Below, in pieces: positions 38,448 through 50,234 of a stretch of 56,351 nucleotides of DNA. The DNA is from Tubiluchus corallicola (lineage: Eukaryota > Animalia > Priapulida), in contig JAQGDQ010000668.1 of NCBI GenBank assembly GCA_030141605.1, forward strand, positions 59,384-115,734, read 5' to 3'. The translations under genes and the position numbers were made by a program. The notes below the pieces were generated by a model that searched no databases, had not been told where the DNA came from, and saw only the letters and a list, made by a program, of their open reading frames with translations. Positions within the stretch are counted from its first letter, which is position 1. The number at the start of each line of letters is the position of its first letter.

Positions 38448-39590
38448 TAGGTTAAGTTTATCACACTCCCCCAAGATATATGGCCGAAACATCACTCATT
38501 CAATCAATGCACCCCCCCCCCCAAATGTGACTTACCATTGGAATTAACATGGGCCCGGAAAGGTTTATGCTAACCTCAATTTAGGTCAACGCACTCCCTC
38601 CCCTCAGTGTGGGAGCCAAAATAAATAGTCGTCCAATAGAATCTCTCTGGTCTCTCTCTAGAAGTTCTGAATTTGGAGAGCTACATTTTCCCTCAATTTT
38701 AAACATTTTAAGCCAAGAATGCCACAACTATTGTAAGCTTACAGTCTACTAAATACTCGTAACAAATGCAATATTACTCATGACATTCAGTAATAAACCA
38801 TTAATAAAAAATTAAGGCATATAGTATCAGCAAGGTCGGCTTTGCATTGGCATCTCTCTTCTTTACTACACGAAATTCTAACTAAATTTTGTTCAATATA
38901 TAAGTAATAATAACATGTTTGCAACAAATTGATATACATACTTATTTGCTACCCTCATCTAATTTGTAATTTTGATACAAATGACATTCCAATTTTTTTT
39001 TTGAAAATTTTCTGTGCCAGCAGAATTTTTTGAGTTAGCAGTTTTTTCAACAAGTTTTCTCGTATGGTGAGTATCACTAACAGCAATATTCACAGTCTTG
39101 GCAAGTATTGCTCCATACTGAAATATACAAAGGGCTAAGATTTTCTGAGAGTGAAATTGCTACAAAGACTTTATCTTCCCTTTCATTGTCACTGAATGTT
39201 TGTGTTTGACATACTGTATGCAAAATGAAAAGTCTAATCAATATGATATGATATGTCAACTCAAAATTCAGCTGCTTCGGTATTTCAAAGCTGGAACCTA
39301 AACAATTACTAACCAACTCTAAGGTGAAAGTGGGTATCAAGCTATTTACAACATTTTACTTACATACAATTCTTTTATTATAGAATAAAAATTTCACCTA
39401 ATACGCTCTCACTGTGACAAACCTAATGCAGATTCACAGTTTAAAGGTCTGCAAATAAAACTAAGTCAATCTGTTGGTATTTTCGACTAAGAATGTAGTT
39501 TTGCTTTTTATAAAACAAAAATTACAATGTGTTCTTAAACTTTAAATCTTGCAGTTACGTAGAAAATGAGAATAAGAAAGTACTGATTAC

Positions 39591-39707
39591 CAAAGCTGCA
39601 AACGTGACGATTTGACCATCCGGTATAGTGTTGATAAAATCGACCATTTCATTGGTTTCATCACCTGATGCATGTGTGTCAAAAGTATTAATAGTTGTCA
39701 CACCAAC
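39591..39707 (-). CDS. Mosaic lectin gene exon: ILEI/PANDER (GG) domain, part 3
   Basis: VGVTTINTFDTHASGDETNEMVDFINTIPDGQIVTFAAL (FDT...F+..IP.G.IV motif); 117 nt, phases 0-0. Confidence 0.82.
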
Positions 39708-40034
39708 CTGCACAAATAAAGACTATATGTCATTAAATGAAAAGCTTCTAATTTAATTAACTCATCATTTTTGATGTTTGTCGTAGCAGATATATCATCT
39801 TACGACAGTTCATGTAGATTTCTATGAAAAAGATTTCCCTCATTGTATTACTTCTGACTCAGCGATCAAAAAGCTTAGAATGAGAAATTATGATCTTGCC
39901 GAGTTTTAGGATTGTATGTATTGTATATATGCATAGAATTTGCACTATTCACTAAATTCACATTTCACTGAAAATCACCGTAAAAGAAATAAATATTATT
40001 ACCAGCATATTTGCAATTTACAGCATTCACGAAC

Positions 40035-40112
40035 CTGTGGATAATTGAGAACGGCTATGGAAATTCCTCTAGTTAGACTCCCTTCGAGTGTCAGTACTAC
40101 TAAATGTACTAC
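40035..40112 (-). CDS. Mosaic lectin gene exon: ILEI domain, part 2
   Basis: VVHLVVLTLEGSLTRGISIAVLNYPQ (RG+x+xVL motif); 78 nt, phases 0-0. Confidence 0.75.
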
Positions 40113-41008
40113 CTATAGTAAAACAAAGTCCAAAGTTGCACTACAATAATACGGCATTAGCATGGCTGTTAGAGGGCTTGCTAAATTGGATGTTAACATT
40201 AATATAATGAACATTGTAGAGCTATCCTCAGTTCCTGTGGTAAAAAAGTTGGCTTCTCCCTTTTCTCTGATTAGTTTGTATATTTTCCAGAAAAAATACT
40301 GAAATAATTTAATCCATAATACATTTTGGATATCACCAATTCAATTCTACAGCTGCTCAAACTAGCAACTGCAGGTAAATTAAAATGTTAAACCTACTGC
40401 AAACAATTTACTCGTTTATACTTTGATGTGTTCTCACTGTTTTCATTCACACTGTATCACCAGGGCTGTATTGTGCCATACTCTGTACAGTAGAAAGGAC
40501 CGACCATTCCTGCGCTTGTTACTGCCTTAGTTCTTTAACAAACACAATTGTTCTCTAACATTTGTGGGTCACGACCAGCTCGTCCATCTTGACATAACTC
40601 GTCTGGCCCAGGTTCGAGACCCAGTTGGGCTGCAAAGATTTTCGTGAACCGCATATTACATCATGTGTCATGAAGTATACAACTGTGTCAGATAGCAATC
40701 ATAGGTCACGTCATGGAATGGGTGTCCTGTTACCACTACGATAACAAATCACATCATAAAAATGATGCTGCCCGTCTTAAAGAGACATGTTAATTGCCAA
40801 AGTCTGGTACAGTTGTTGAAATATAAGTACATATTGTAAGAAGTCATAAAATATTCACAACAGTTGACACTCAAGGTTCTATAAAAAGCGCACAATACTG
40901 TGGAAAGATTCGTTTTTGCAGAAAATTATAATAAAGTAACATAATTTCATAATGCAGGTTTTTCGAAGCTCCAAAAAACTTTACTTTTACTGTGGTTTAA
41001 GTATATAC

Positions 41009-41073
41009 CTCTTCACCATTCACTGTTACAGACACCATGTTTTTGCTGGACGTGACTGTTACCTCCATGGTGC
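41009..41073 (-). CDS. Mosaic lectin gene exon: ILEI domain, part 1
   Basis: GTMEVTVTSSKNMVSVTVNGEE; 65 nt, phases 1-0. Confidence 0.78.
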
Positions 41074-42377
41074 CTGAAACAATGTTTTTTTTTCATAAAC
41101 AAGGGTAGCCCAATAGGTCTACCATGCACGTAAAATTAGTATACTTTTATGAAAGAAAATGATTCTTAATTTACAGGACACAATTTCTGTTCAGGAATAA
41201 AATAACTGATGTACCGTTTTACACCTTTCTTTAACAAAAAAGCAGACTCCAAATGCACAAACTTAACACATGCACAGAATTATGGACGCAAGGACTGAAA
41301 GACAGATGTTGAATGAAATGGTTGGTAAAATGGTATAGAACGATTATGACTCATACTGCAAATATTCACCCTAAAACACCCAATCACCTAATTGTTGAGC
41401 TGCAGTTGGTGATAACATTGTGACAAGCAGCAGGAGCTTCAAAAGCAAAACCCGTGTGCTAACATATAAACGTACTGTACCTGCTCATAAACAAAGCTCT
41501 ACCTAACGTGATTTTTTTCTACGTATATTATAGTGCCCAGAACTGAAGCAAAGATGGCATAAAAGCAGTAAAAGCTCTTTGAGTACACACAAGTGTCTGT
41601 ACTCGTGTTAGGTGTTAGGTCGATGTTAACATTAATATAAAGAACATTATAGTTCCTGTTCCTGTGGTAAAGACGGTGGCTTCTCCCTTTTCTCTGACAA
41701 GATTGTATATTCTAACATTTTTGGGTCACAGACCAGCTCGCGAGTCCATGTTGACATAACTCATACAGCCCAGGTTCGAGACCCAGTTGGGCTGCAAAGA
41801 TTTTCATGAACCGCATATTACATCATACTCCTTATAATCTGTCTTATTTTGAATTTGTTTGACGTAATGACATAAATATTATAAATACCAAACAGTGTGA
41901 CAGCTTATAAATTTCAGAAAAAAACAACTTGAAAAATTATATTGCCTAGTGACTGTATTTGTGACTGTATTTTATCTAGAAACTATCTTGTGAATATATA
42001 ATGCCCCCGTTAAGAAAAATTCGCCTTCCTTAACTCACAAAATCGAGTTGTAAATTACCACTCGCATCATTGTAATCATGATGTACACATGTCACAGAGC
42101 TTGAAGACAACATAGTATATGGTACAATAACAAATATGCTACACATAAAAATTTTCATTATGTTTTGGAACCCTAACTTATTAATTCTTGTAAGTATACA
42201 ACTGTGTCAGATAGCAACCATAGGTCACGTCATGGAATGGGTGTCCTGTTACCACTACGATAACAAATCAGATCATAAAAATGATGCTGCTCATCTTAAA
42301 GAGACATGTCAATTGTCAAATGACAAGCATTATCCGCTGAAGCATTTTTACTTTCTGGGCAGGTGAAGACTTATTAC

Positions 42378-42483
42378 CTGGAGTGGCTTTCTTTTCACAG
42401 AGCAACTGATGACCCTGACTACAAACCACTTGTTCAAGTTTCCAGTCTGATACTCGCATTTTCACACAATCTTTGTCAGTGTT
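42378..42483 (-). CDS. Mosaic lectin gene exon: C-terminal part of CTL domain 1
   Basis: NTDKDCVKMRVSDWKLEQVVCSQGHQLLCEKKATP; 106 nt, phases 0-1. Confidence 0.87.
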
Positions 42484-42781
42484 CTGCAAAAATAAGAAAT
42501 AAATTTAATGCTTATTTTCCAATGCAAAATATCTCAAAGCCGAAAGTACTGAATCAGTTGAATTTACGACTTAAGCTAACAGCAGTCAGAAGATTAAGGT
42601 TGCATGTGTAATGTTAGTAGAAATGAAAGTGTTTATTTTGTTCTTGTGAGTGTGTTTTACGACTTAATGAACTTTAACTTCATAAGAAAAGCTTTTTAAT
42701 AATCCTCTAGAATGTTTGCTCAACAAAAATGAATTTCTACAAACCACAATAAAGTGAAATCATATGAGGGAATTCTACTTA

Positions 42782-42868
42782 TCATCATCATCATCATCAT
42801 CATACACCCGTCACGTCAATTGTAGACATTGGGCTGGCTTGTCAGCACCACTTCCGTTCAAATTGAAC
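42782..42868 (-). mobile_element. 87-bp RTE-like LINE 3' tip with an (ATG)n tail and a 13-bp TSD
   Basis: GGAATTCTACTTA at 42769-42781 and 42869-42881; related tips at about 48072-48140 (-) and 48976-49035 (+). Confidence 0.8.
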
Positions 42869-42882
42869 GGAATTCTACTTAC

Positions 42883-43057
42883 ATGATTCGCTGGACATGA
42901 AAGTCCACATGTAACAGACGGCCATGAACCACTTAGCCTTTGTCCGTCCAGCCAGTAATGGTCATTTCTTGTATCATCGTATACATAACCAATCCACATT
43001 TTGATACCAAGGTCCGTATTGTCGGATTCACGTGGAATGAGTGTTGAGCTTAAAAGT
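42883..43057 (-). CDS. Mosaic lectin gene exon: middle of CTL domain 1 (WIG motif)
   Basis: LLSSTLIPRESDNTDLGIKMWIGYVYDDTRNDHYWLDGQRLSGSW...CPANH; 175 nt, phases 2-0. Confidence 0.88.
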
Positions 43058-43311
43058 CTAAAAATTTTGTTTTTGGATAAGAAATTTATCAAAGAAAATG
43101 CAACTAATAATCAATGAAAATGCTATTTCTATGTTCAATCACAAGTTAAAAATCAATTGTAATTGAATATGAGAAGTTTACGTGAAATATCCTTATATTA
43201 TCATATTATTATAGCTTCTGTACAAATATGCAGAGTGGACATCACTATAAAGTCACACAGGTGTGTGGCTCACTTTGCACGCGTATGAACCTATGCAGGA
43301 TTCTTTCTTAC

Positions 43312-43598
43312 CTCTCTTTGAGCTGCTCGTCTACAAGCATGACTAGATGGCCGCTACCATATTCATTCCAGCACAAGTCTCTGGCTTCATGCCAAAGTAC
43401 AGCTGTTTCAACTCTTTGAAAACAGTGAGGCTCCGGACGAATCAACTTTGAGAAAAAGTCCCACTTGCAATCAGTGTCAATCTTAGCCAACGTTCCACCT
43501 TCGGTTGCACAGATATCATGAGCAGCTAAGTGGATCTCAGGTGACCCGTGAAATTTGTAGCAGAATCCTAGATGTGCTTCGTATCCATCAGGGCAAAA
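43312..43598 (-). CDS. Mosaic lectin gene exon: two consecutive CTL N-terminal halves
   Basis: FCPDGYEAHLGFCYKF...AAHDICATEGGTLAKID... followed by HCFQRVETAVLWHEARDLCWNEYGSGHLVML; 287 nt, phases 0-2. Confidence 0.88.
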
Positions 43599-44177
43599 CT
43601 GCAAAATGCCAAAAAAAAACGTTAAAGTTACGACTGGTAGAAGAACAGTCTTAATATTTCATGACACTTTCAATAGAGCAAAAAAGTTTGAAAGCTGTTT
43701 TGAATTTTCTTGGGTTACGCTGAACAAATCTAGCTTGGGTAACCCTGAGCAATGCCTGTACTACTTAGTCATAAAATCGAATGGCCAGTTAGATCCGTGA
43801 TTGCACGAAATGGTTTGAGAAATTTTATGATTTTCATTAGCATTGTGTTAATTTTACTCCAAGACTTTTTAAGAGCTCACGCCTGTCTCCATAGTGTCTC
43901 AACTTATCTTATCAATAATAACGGAATTTAAGTAAGTCAATGCTGGCCCTGTATTTGAACCAGCGCCCACTGCATTGCAAGACTAACGCAATGGCAAGTG
44001 ATCATGTGATTTCCTGTAAAATTTGTTGCAAAATTATTTATATTTTTCAGCTTTCAGAAATGTAAGCCTTGAAAACCAAAAACGTCATCAATGTTACGAT
44101 CTTGTAAGGAATTTATATCGTTGTTATCAAAAACACCATTTGGAATTATACACTGTAAACGTATTGATTTAAATTAC

Positions 44178-44350
44178 CCCGGCTTCTGTTTGCATTACAG
44201 GAGGGTCAACACACAACTGTTCACTTGTTTCTGTCACAGGACAATCACTTGGAGTGACCACAGTTGGAGAACCGTGCAATGTGATAAAATCTCTTCTCCA
44301 TGTGATTAAATTTCCTTTGTAGCCACTGCGACAAGTTTGGGCCAATTCAG
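44178..44350 (-). CDS. Mosaic lectin gene exon: pentraxin C-terminus and linker
   Basis: AELAQTCRSGYKGNLITWRRDF...; 173 nt, phases 1-0. Confidence 0.85.
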
Positions 44351-44460
44351 CTGAATATAAAATAATAAAAAGTGCATTAAATGCTCTATGAATAAGATAA
44401 GGTAAGAGAATGTGAGGTGAGATCATTTGAGATGAGGTGAGGTGATGAGGCCTGACAAAT

Positions 44461-45025
44461 TAGACAGGACTGGACGAAACAGGACAAGACAGGACAGTGT
44501 AGAACAGGGAAGAACAGGACATGATAGGACAGTGTAAAACAGGGAAGAACAGGACATGATAGGACAGGGTAGAACAGGGAAGAACAGGACAAGACTGGAC
44601 AGTGTAGAACAGGGAAGAACAGGACATAATAGGACAGTGTAGAACAGGGAAGAACAGGACATGATAGGACAGGGTAGAACAGGGAAGAACAGGACATGAT
44701 AGGACAGTGTAGAACAGGGAAGAACAGGACATGATAGGACAGGGTAGAACAGGGAAGAACAGGACATGATAGGACAGGGTAGAACAGGGAAGAACAGGAC
44801 AAGACAGGACAGTGTAGAACAGGGAAGAACAGGACAGTGTAGAACAGGGAAGAACAGGACATGATAGGACAGGGTAGAACAGGGAAGAACAGGACATAAT
44901 AGGACAGTGTAGAACAGGGAAGAACAGGACATGATAGGACAGGGTAGAACAGGGAAGAACAGGACATGATAGGACAGGGTAGAACAGGGAAGAACAGGAC
45001 ATGATAGGACAGGGTAGAACAGGGC
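44461..45025. repeat. 35-bp purine-rich minisatellite built from AGRAC-like pentamers, about 16 copies
   Basis: Unit AGGACATGATAGGACAGGGTAGAACAGGGAAGAAC. Confidence 0.95.
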
Positions 45026-46248
45026 AAAGTAAAGTGGGACTGGACAACACCAGTTAAGACAGGTTAAAAAATAAAGAATTTGCTAATTAGAAAGACAAAT
45101 GTCCTTATTTTACTACAACAGAAAAGACGCCATATCACATACCAATAACAAAATAGACAAGAATTAGAACGACGTACAATTCCTTTTTGTAAGTCACATT
45201 CACATAGCCAAAGGCTCATTTTGTTTAGTGAGAGAAAAACTTTTGAATCATCTGCTACATATTCTGAGGTTATGGTGCTTAACCGAATTTCAAGACTTGA
45301 ATGCACTTCTACGTGATGTCTCGTTAAGCCAAGATGTTAACTGCATGTTTTGTACAATAATAAGAAATAGCAATTTCACCAAAGTAGATTAGAAAATTTT
45401 TGAATTGTACTTAGTGAATAGATGGTGAAAACAACCAACTGAGCAGTCAAGAAAATGCACAAAAATTGATAACAATAATATGGTACATGGGGCAAGAAAT
45501 CTAAACGTATAGCCAACTGATGGAGTATGCAAAGTGGGTCTATTTAAGCCTTAAGGTCCCACTAAATTGCAATAGCCACTAATGTCCACTTTAGTACTTC
45601 TGAAAAAACAATATTAACGGTAATTAATTAAATGTATTAAATTATCAAAAACGTTTCACACAAAATTCTTTCAAAATGTATAACTGTTACAGAATGCGTA
45701 TTAATAAGGGTAAAAATAAATCAGCTTAACTATTCATTCATTGAATACATCTACAACAACAATTACAGCATAGAACATCAAAAGACTTTCATGATTTGGT
45801 AATATTATCTACCCAAAGTGTTAAGCTGGCCAACGGGAAGCTCAAAAAGTAAATACTTGTTGCGAGCACTCCAAATGAACGTGGATTGACAAAAAGGAGG
45901 AGCTAAGAAGCAGAAAAGAAAAGTTGAAGTAGAATACAGAGACGTGATGGTAACTGTAAGAAGTGTAGAGATTGACATAGCCAGCAACGTGAAGGATCTC
46001 AACAGGGGCAGCCAAATTAGTCAAATTGATTAATTCTACATAATTAGAAATTTCATTTTTCAACTTTCTTTTGAAGTTACTTACAGATATCAGCTTTTAT
46101 GCATTCATTGATCTATTCATCTATCCAACTAATCATTTTAGAATGCATTTACAACATATATTTCAATAATACTTGTATCAAAATTTGTAACACATGTACT
46201 ACTTTTTATACCACAAATCAGTTTTTTTATGTAACTTAGCAATCTTAC

Positions 46249-46395
46249 CAATGTCGGCTGCAGTTAAAACATGCGTGGTCATTATAACGTCAGTGATTTC
46301 CCCAATAAAACTGTCACCTATATCAAAGCCACCACCCACACTGTCCTGTTCTTGTCCAATTATCAAGCTACCTCGGCCAGCGATAGTGTCTGCTT
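46249..46395 (-). CDS. Mosaic lectin gene exon: pentraxin domain (GQEQD motif)
   Basis: ADTIAGRGSLIIGQEQDSVGGGFDIGDSFIGEITDV...VLTAADI; 147 nt, phases 1-1. Confidence 0.92.
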
Positions 46396-46507
46396 CTAGA
46401 AATGGAAAAATACAGCACAAGGCCACATTATTATACATTTTTTCAAGGACTACAATATAATGCAAGTCAATTTTCATTACAGAAGCTTAAAATCATTTAC
46501 AGGTAGA

Positions 46508-46720
46508 AACAACACAAATTTATTAAAACTTTTGCTTTAAAAATTTAAAATCATGCCAAACGTTTCGACAGACTGCTGCTGCCATTATCAGGTGATTTGC
46601 CTATATAAACTGGTTTCATGTTTGTAAATTTACCACTGATGATGACAGCAGTAGCTCTGTCAAAGCTTTTGACATGATTTTAACTTTTTAAAGTAAAAAT
46701 TGTAATGAAGTTGTGTTGTT
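46508..46720. mobile_element. Fold-back with two degenerate hammerhead-like cores (Penelope-like remnant)
   Basis: Imperfect arms of about 85 bp; + strand CTGATGA-T-GACAG..CTGTC-AAAG; - strand CTGATAA-T-GGCAG..CTGTC-GAAACGTT. Confidence 0.55.
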
Positions 46721-46857
46721 CTTAACTGCAATATAATACTTTATTTATCTGCCAATGACCAATTTTGTAATTTCAATGACATAATGCATTAACACGCATT
46801 AAAGTACAACTATCAACCTTCAAAAAAAAATTATAACATGGTTAATATGGTACTTAC

Positions 46858-46979
46858 CAGAATTACCACTATTAGATAACTCTCCATCAACATACAATGC
46901 ATATTCACCATTGTTGTATGTTACACACAGATGGTGGAAACTTCCGTCCAATAGAGGATTTGCCCAAGTAACAATGGCT
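46858..46979 (-). CDS. Mosaic lectin gene exon: pentraxin signature region
   Basis: AIVTWANPLLDGSFHHLCVTYNNGEYALYVDG (HxCxT[W/Y] signature); phases 2-1; the acceptor is a weak GAG, so the 5' boundary is uncertain. Confidence 0.85.
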
Positions 46980-47889
46980 CTCAAATTTGAGGTGTGCAAG
47001 CAACAACAAAATTGTTTTTAATTAACAAAATATCTTTTCTTCTGAATTAATTGACTACAAAATATAAATGAAAGTGATGACGTTTAAGCAGTGTCAAAGG
47101 GTTAAATGTACTCAGTTGAAGCCGTAAAAGACATCAAATAGCAAATCGTGCAATAAAGCCATGAGATAGACGAGCTAAAATGAGTATAAACGTAATAAAA
47201 ATTACATTTTAACCTTTAATCTACCTTTTAACTAACGTTGCTATCGTCTGTTTGTTCAGGTGAAGTAGGTGACGCCACAGGGTTAGTTTGTGCATTTGCA
47301 GCGCAAACCTGCCATGGAGTTTTTAGTTTGGCTGACAATGTCGATTTATTTGGAAAAATTGAGTTTTGATTTTATGCAACAGCAAATTTTCGTACAACAT
47401 CGATATGCATTAGATCGTTAAATGCAAAAATTTTAACTTTTTTTAATCCCTGAGTTGGAATTTTGCTTAATATGGTGACTCTTCAAGATAATAAAAGTTG
47501 ATATGCATTATATCAAAACTGATACAGCAATAACAACGGCATAATAGCAAGAAAGTTCCTAAAAACTGTTACTGGCCACTAAACACAGAGACTGTCACTA
47601 AATCTATCAACACAGTTTTTTTGCTTTGTTGTTATTATTGTTTGGATAAAGAACACCATAGTTAACGCGAAGGTGGACAAAATTTTTCTTAAAGGACATC
47701 TTGGAAAATTCTTACTGGACAAAATTTGGATTCATCACCGGCACTGTCCACCTCATCGCTATGTCAAAATTGACTTGAATTGGTTTAGACGCATCACGAG
47801 CCATAAGCAAAGAAACACAAACTTCGGCACACTTTATATGCATTAAATTTTATATTATGCGGTATTTTTGTAAAGGTAAATCATCTTAC

Positions 47890-48014
47890 ATGCCATTTAC
47901 AGAAAGGTACAGCTGATTAGCAGTGTTCATAATCAAAACAATGGCATTGTCATTGCCCTCTACAGCGTATGACACCAATGCTCCATGAGAAAACCCGTCA
48001 TAGGTGATAACCCA
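47890..48014 (-). CDS. Mosaic lectin gene exon: pentraxin domain
   Basis: WVITYDGFSHGALVSYAVEGNDNAIVLIMNTANQLYLSVNG; 125 nt, phases 0-2. Confidence 0.88.
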
Positions 48015-49779
48015 CTGAAATTGAAAATTATAATTACATTAGTTAAGAAAGAATACACTAAATTGTCTCGTGTCATCATCGTCATCATCATCATACGCCC
48101 GTCACGTCCATTGTAGACATTGGGCAGGCAGAGTTCTAAACTAAAAGAAATCTGCAGCAGTAATCTAGCAAAAAAACTAGACACTGCTACACAGCTAAAA
48201 AATACACAGCGCAAGCGTGCTCAAGTATTAAAATGGTATCAAAATTTTGATATCATTGACCATTATAAATGTTATATTTGTAAGAAAGTTTTGTCTTCAG
48301 AGTTTAACAGTGACGAAATCTGTTTTCACGTGTTCAACGGCTTAGACAGAATGAAGTAGATCCCGTTTGGAGACTGAAGCTAACAAACAGAATGATTTGT
48401 AATTAATTACTATAAAGCAACATGGAAAAGCTATTTTAGTGATGTGACTTGAACAAAAGCAAAGAGAGGTGCACAGATCACAAACCGACACGTTGTAAAG
48501 TTACATTTTAGACCACACCACATGTGAAGAGAAGGACTTTCAAGCATACGAAGTGTCTAAATATCTGAAAAAGCTGATAGAGATACGAAGCATTCGAAGT
48601 GCACGGATAATTACAGAATGATATGCACAATTAATGATAACAACTAACAGAATGATAATCAATCATGTCTGTTAATGTTTTATTTACTACATGTGAACAA
48701 GTTACGTTACCATAGCAACATACAGAATTCGTCTACTACAATACATCATTTTATGTTGAAACAAGGTGACATGTTATTTCAAACAAAGCTTGGTGCTTAA
48801 TGCACATATTATGACTTATTGTCCCTTTCCCTGTAGCACAAAATTAATGTAAAACGTACATTCACAAAATTAACAACAAAGTATAAGCTGATATATAAAT
48901 GCGATGGTACTGTACAATGAACAATATACGTTAGATGTGGAAGAGGTGCTTGTTGTGCTTATATGTTTTAACGGTAGAATTCTACTTGCACAATGTCTGC
49001 AAGGAACGTAATGGACGTATGATGATTATGATGAAGAAATATGCCATCAAAATAACAGTTACTGATGACAGAAACACGTCTTATGTCATTGCTATGTTTC
49101 GAAACAACCTTGTATCATCGTCACTGCAGTTTCCATCAATCAAGGCTGTATCGAAACATGAGTATTAAACGAAAACTGAACGATTGTGTAAAGATTAGTT
49201 CAAAATACAGAATGCTTTAAAATATTGAAAACTACACCAGCTTTTTTCATTTCAATGCTTAGCATAAATAATAATTACCTCGGATAGTTAAATTCTGTTA
49301 AACTTTCAAAGCTACGCGCGACTCAACTAATCTGCTAAGACTGACATTCACATGGCCAACAAATAGGCGTGGTACTGCGATAGACATGATGACGAACTGC
49401 ACTGTTCGTCTGTGACGTCATTGTGACGTAGAGCACATTTTCATGGCATCACATCAGCGTCTTATAGCAATCTTTGCTTACGTTATCATGCCTGACGTGA
49501 AGGAAGATATGTACCATTGCACAAACTGTGGTTAGTTTGTGACATAAGCAATAGCTGTTGCCATTATTTAACTTTCCAATGTAATTATTCAAATATTAGA
49601 AATAACTGTTATCTTTTATAGGCAAGAAAATACATACTTTCGAGTCTAATCAATCGTCCAATTTTCTTTTTAACAGGAATCATGTTGTTGTTAACAGTAA
49701 TCGCTGCTTTGGTGGCGTGACAGAGACACAGGTTCCGCTAAAGTAAATCAGACGATGAAATGATGTACAAGCCCCAATA

Positions 49780-50160
49780 AGCTTTTTCACAGTTTCGTTG
49801 TGTGCCCGTGCTGTTGCTGTAGGTGAAAGGTTAAGTTTACCACAGTAACGCGTCTTTAAACTACAACCGCCACTTGACATATGTGTAAAGCATAGCCGTC
49901 TGCCACGTCAGTACAGTAGCTTCAGTTGTTTTACGTGGACTTTACTTAATTATGCATTAGACTGTGTGTAGAGTGATTTACTAGCAGGATCTTACTTGGG
50001 AACAAAAACATGAACTAGGTAAGGTTCTAGCTAGCTGTTAAAACTGTTACTATTACAATAGCATGGTTTGTGAAGCAAATGTACACAAATATATTGTCTG
50101 ATACGTTTAACCTTTGGCCTTTTCACGATCATCATCAATCGCTGGAACTGTGAAAAGGCT
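49780..50160 (+). mobile_element. Full-length MITE (Harbinger-like or TA-TSD class); 3 copies in the window
   Basis: TIR AGCTTTTTCACAGTT / AACTGTGAAAAGGCT with TA/TWA flanks. Confidence 0.8.
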
Positions 50161-50234
50161 TAATTAACTCAAAAGTAGTAGACCAAATTTGTAGTTTCTG
50201 CTAAGTGAAAAAAGTGATCTTCACATTTATTTAC

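Noticed and set aside
38942-38958. DEGSK-encoding mini-exon as the continuation of the ILEI domain
   Set aside because: Needs phase 1 while the upstream exon ends in phase 0, has no pyrimidine tract, and reads into TAA.
39077-39340. ORF with LGS...LNF resembling the ILEI second half
   Set aside because: The available acceptor gives phase 2, the R.SW.F motif is absent, and there is no convincing donor.
40605-40635. tRNA gene (B-box GGTTCGAGACCC; also at about 41770)
   Set aside because: No cloverleaf or correctly spaced A-box; at most SINE-derived.
44386-45050. Cys/Pro-rich ORFs in three frames
   Set aside because: Produced by the 35-bp minisatellite; the flanking real exons splice across it in phase.
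49062-49159. Second hammerhead-like motif (CTGATGA...GAAA...GTA)
   Set aside because: Two extra bases before stem II and no stem I; better explained as a small inverted repeat (49094-49112 / 49141-49159).
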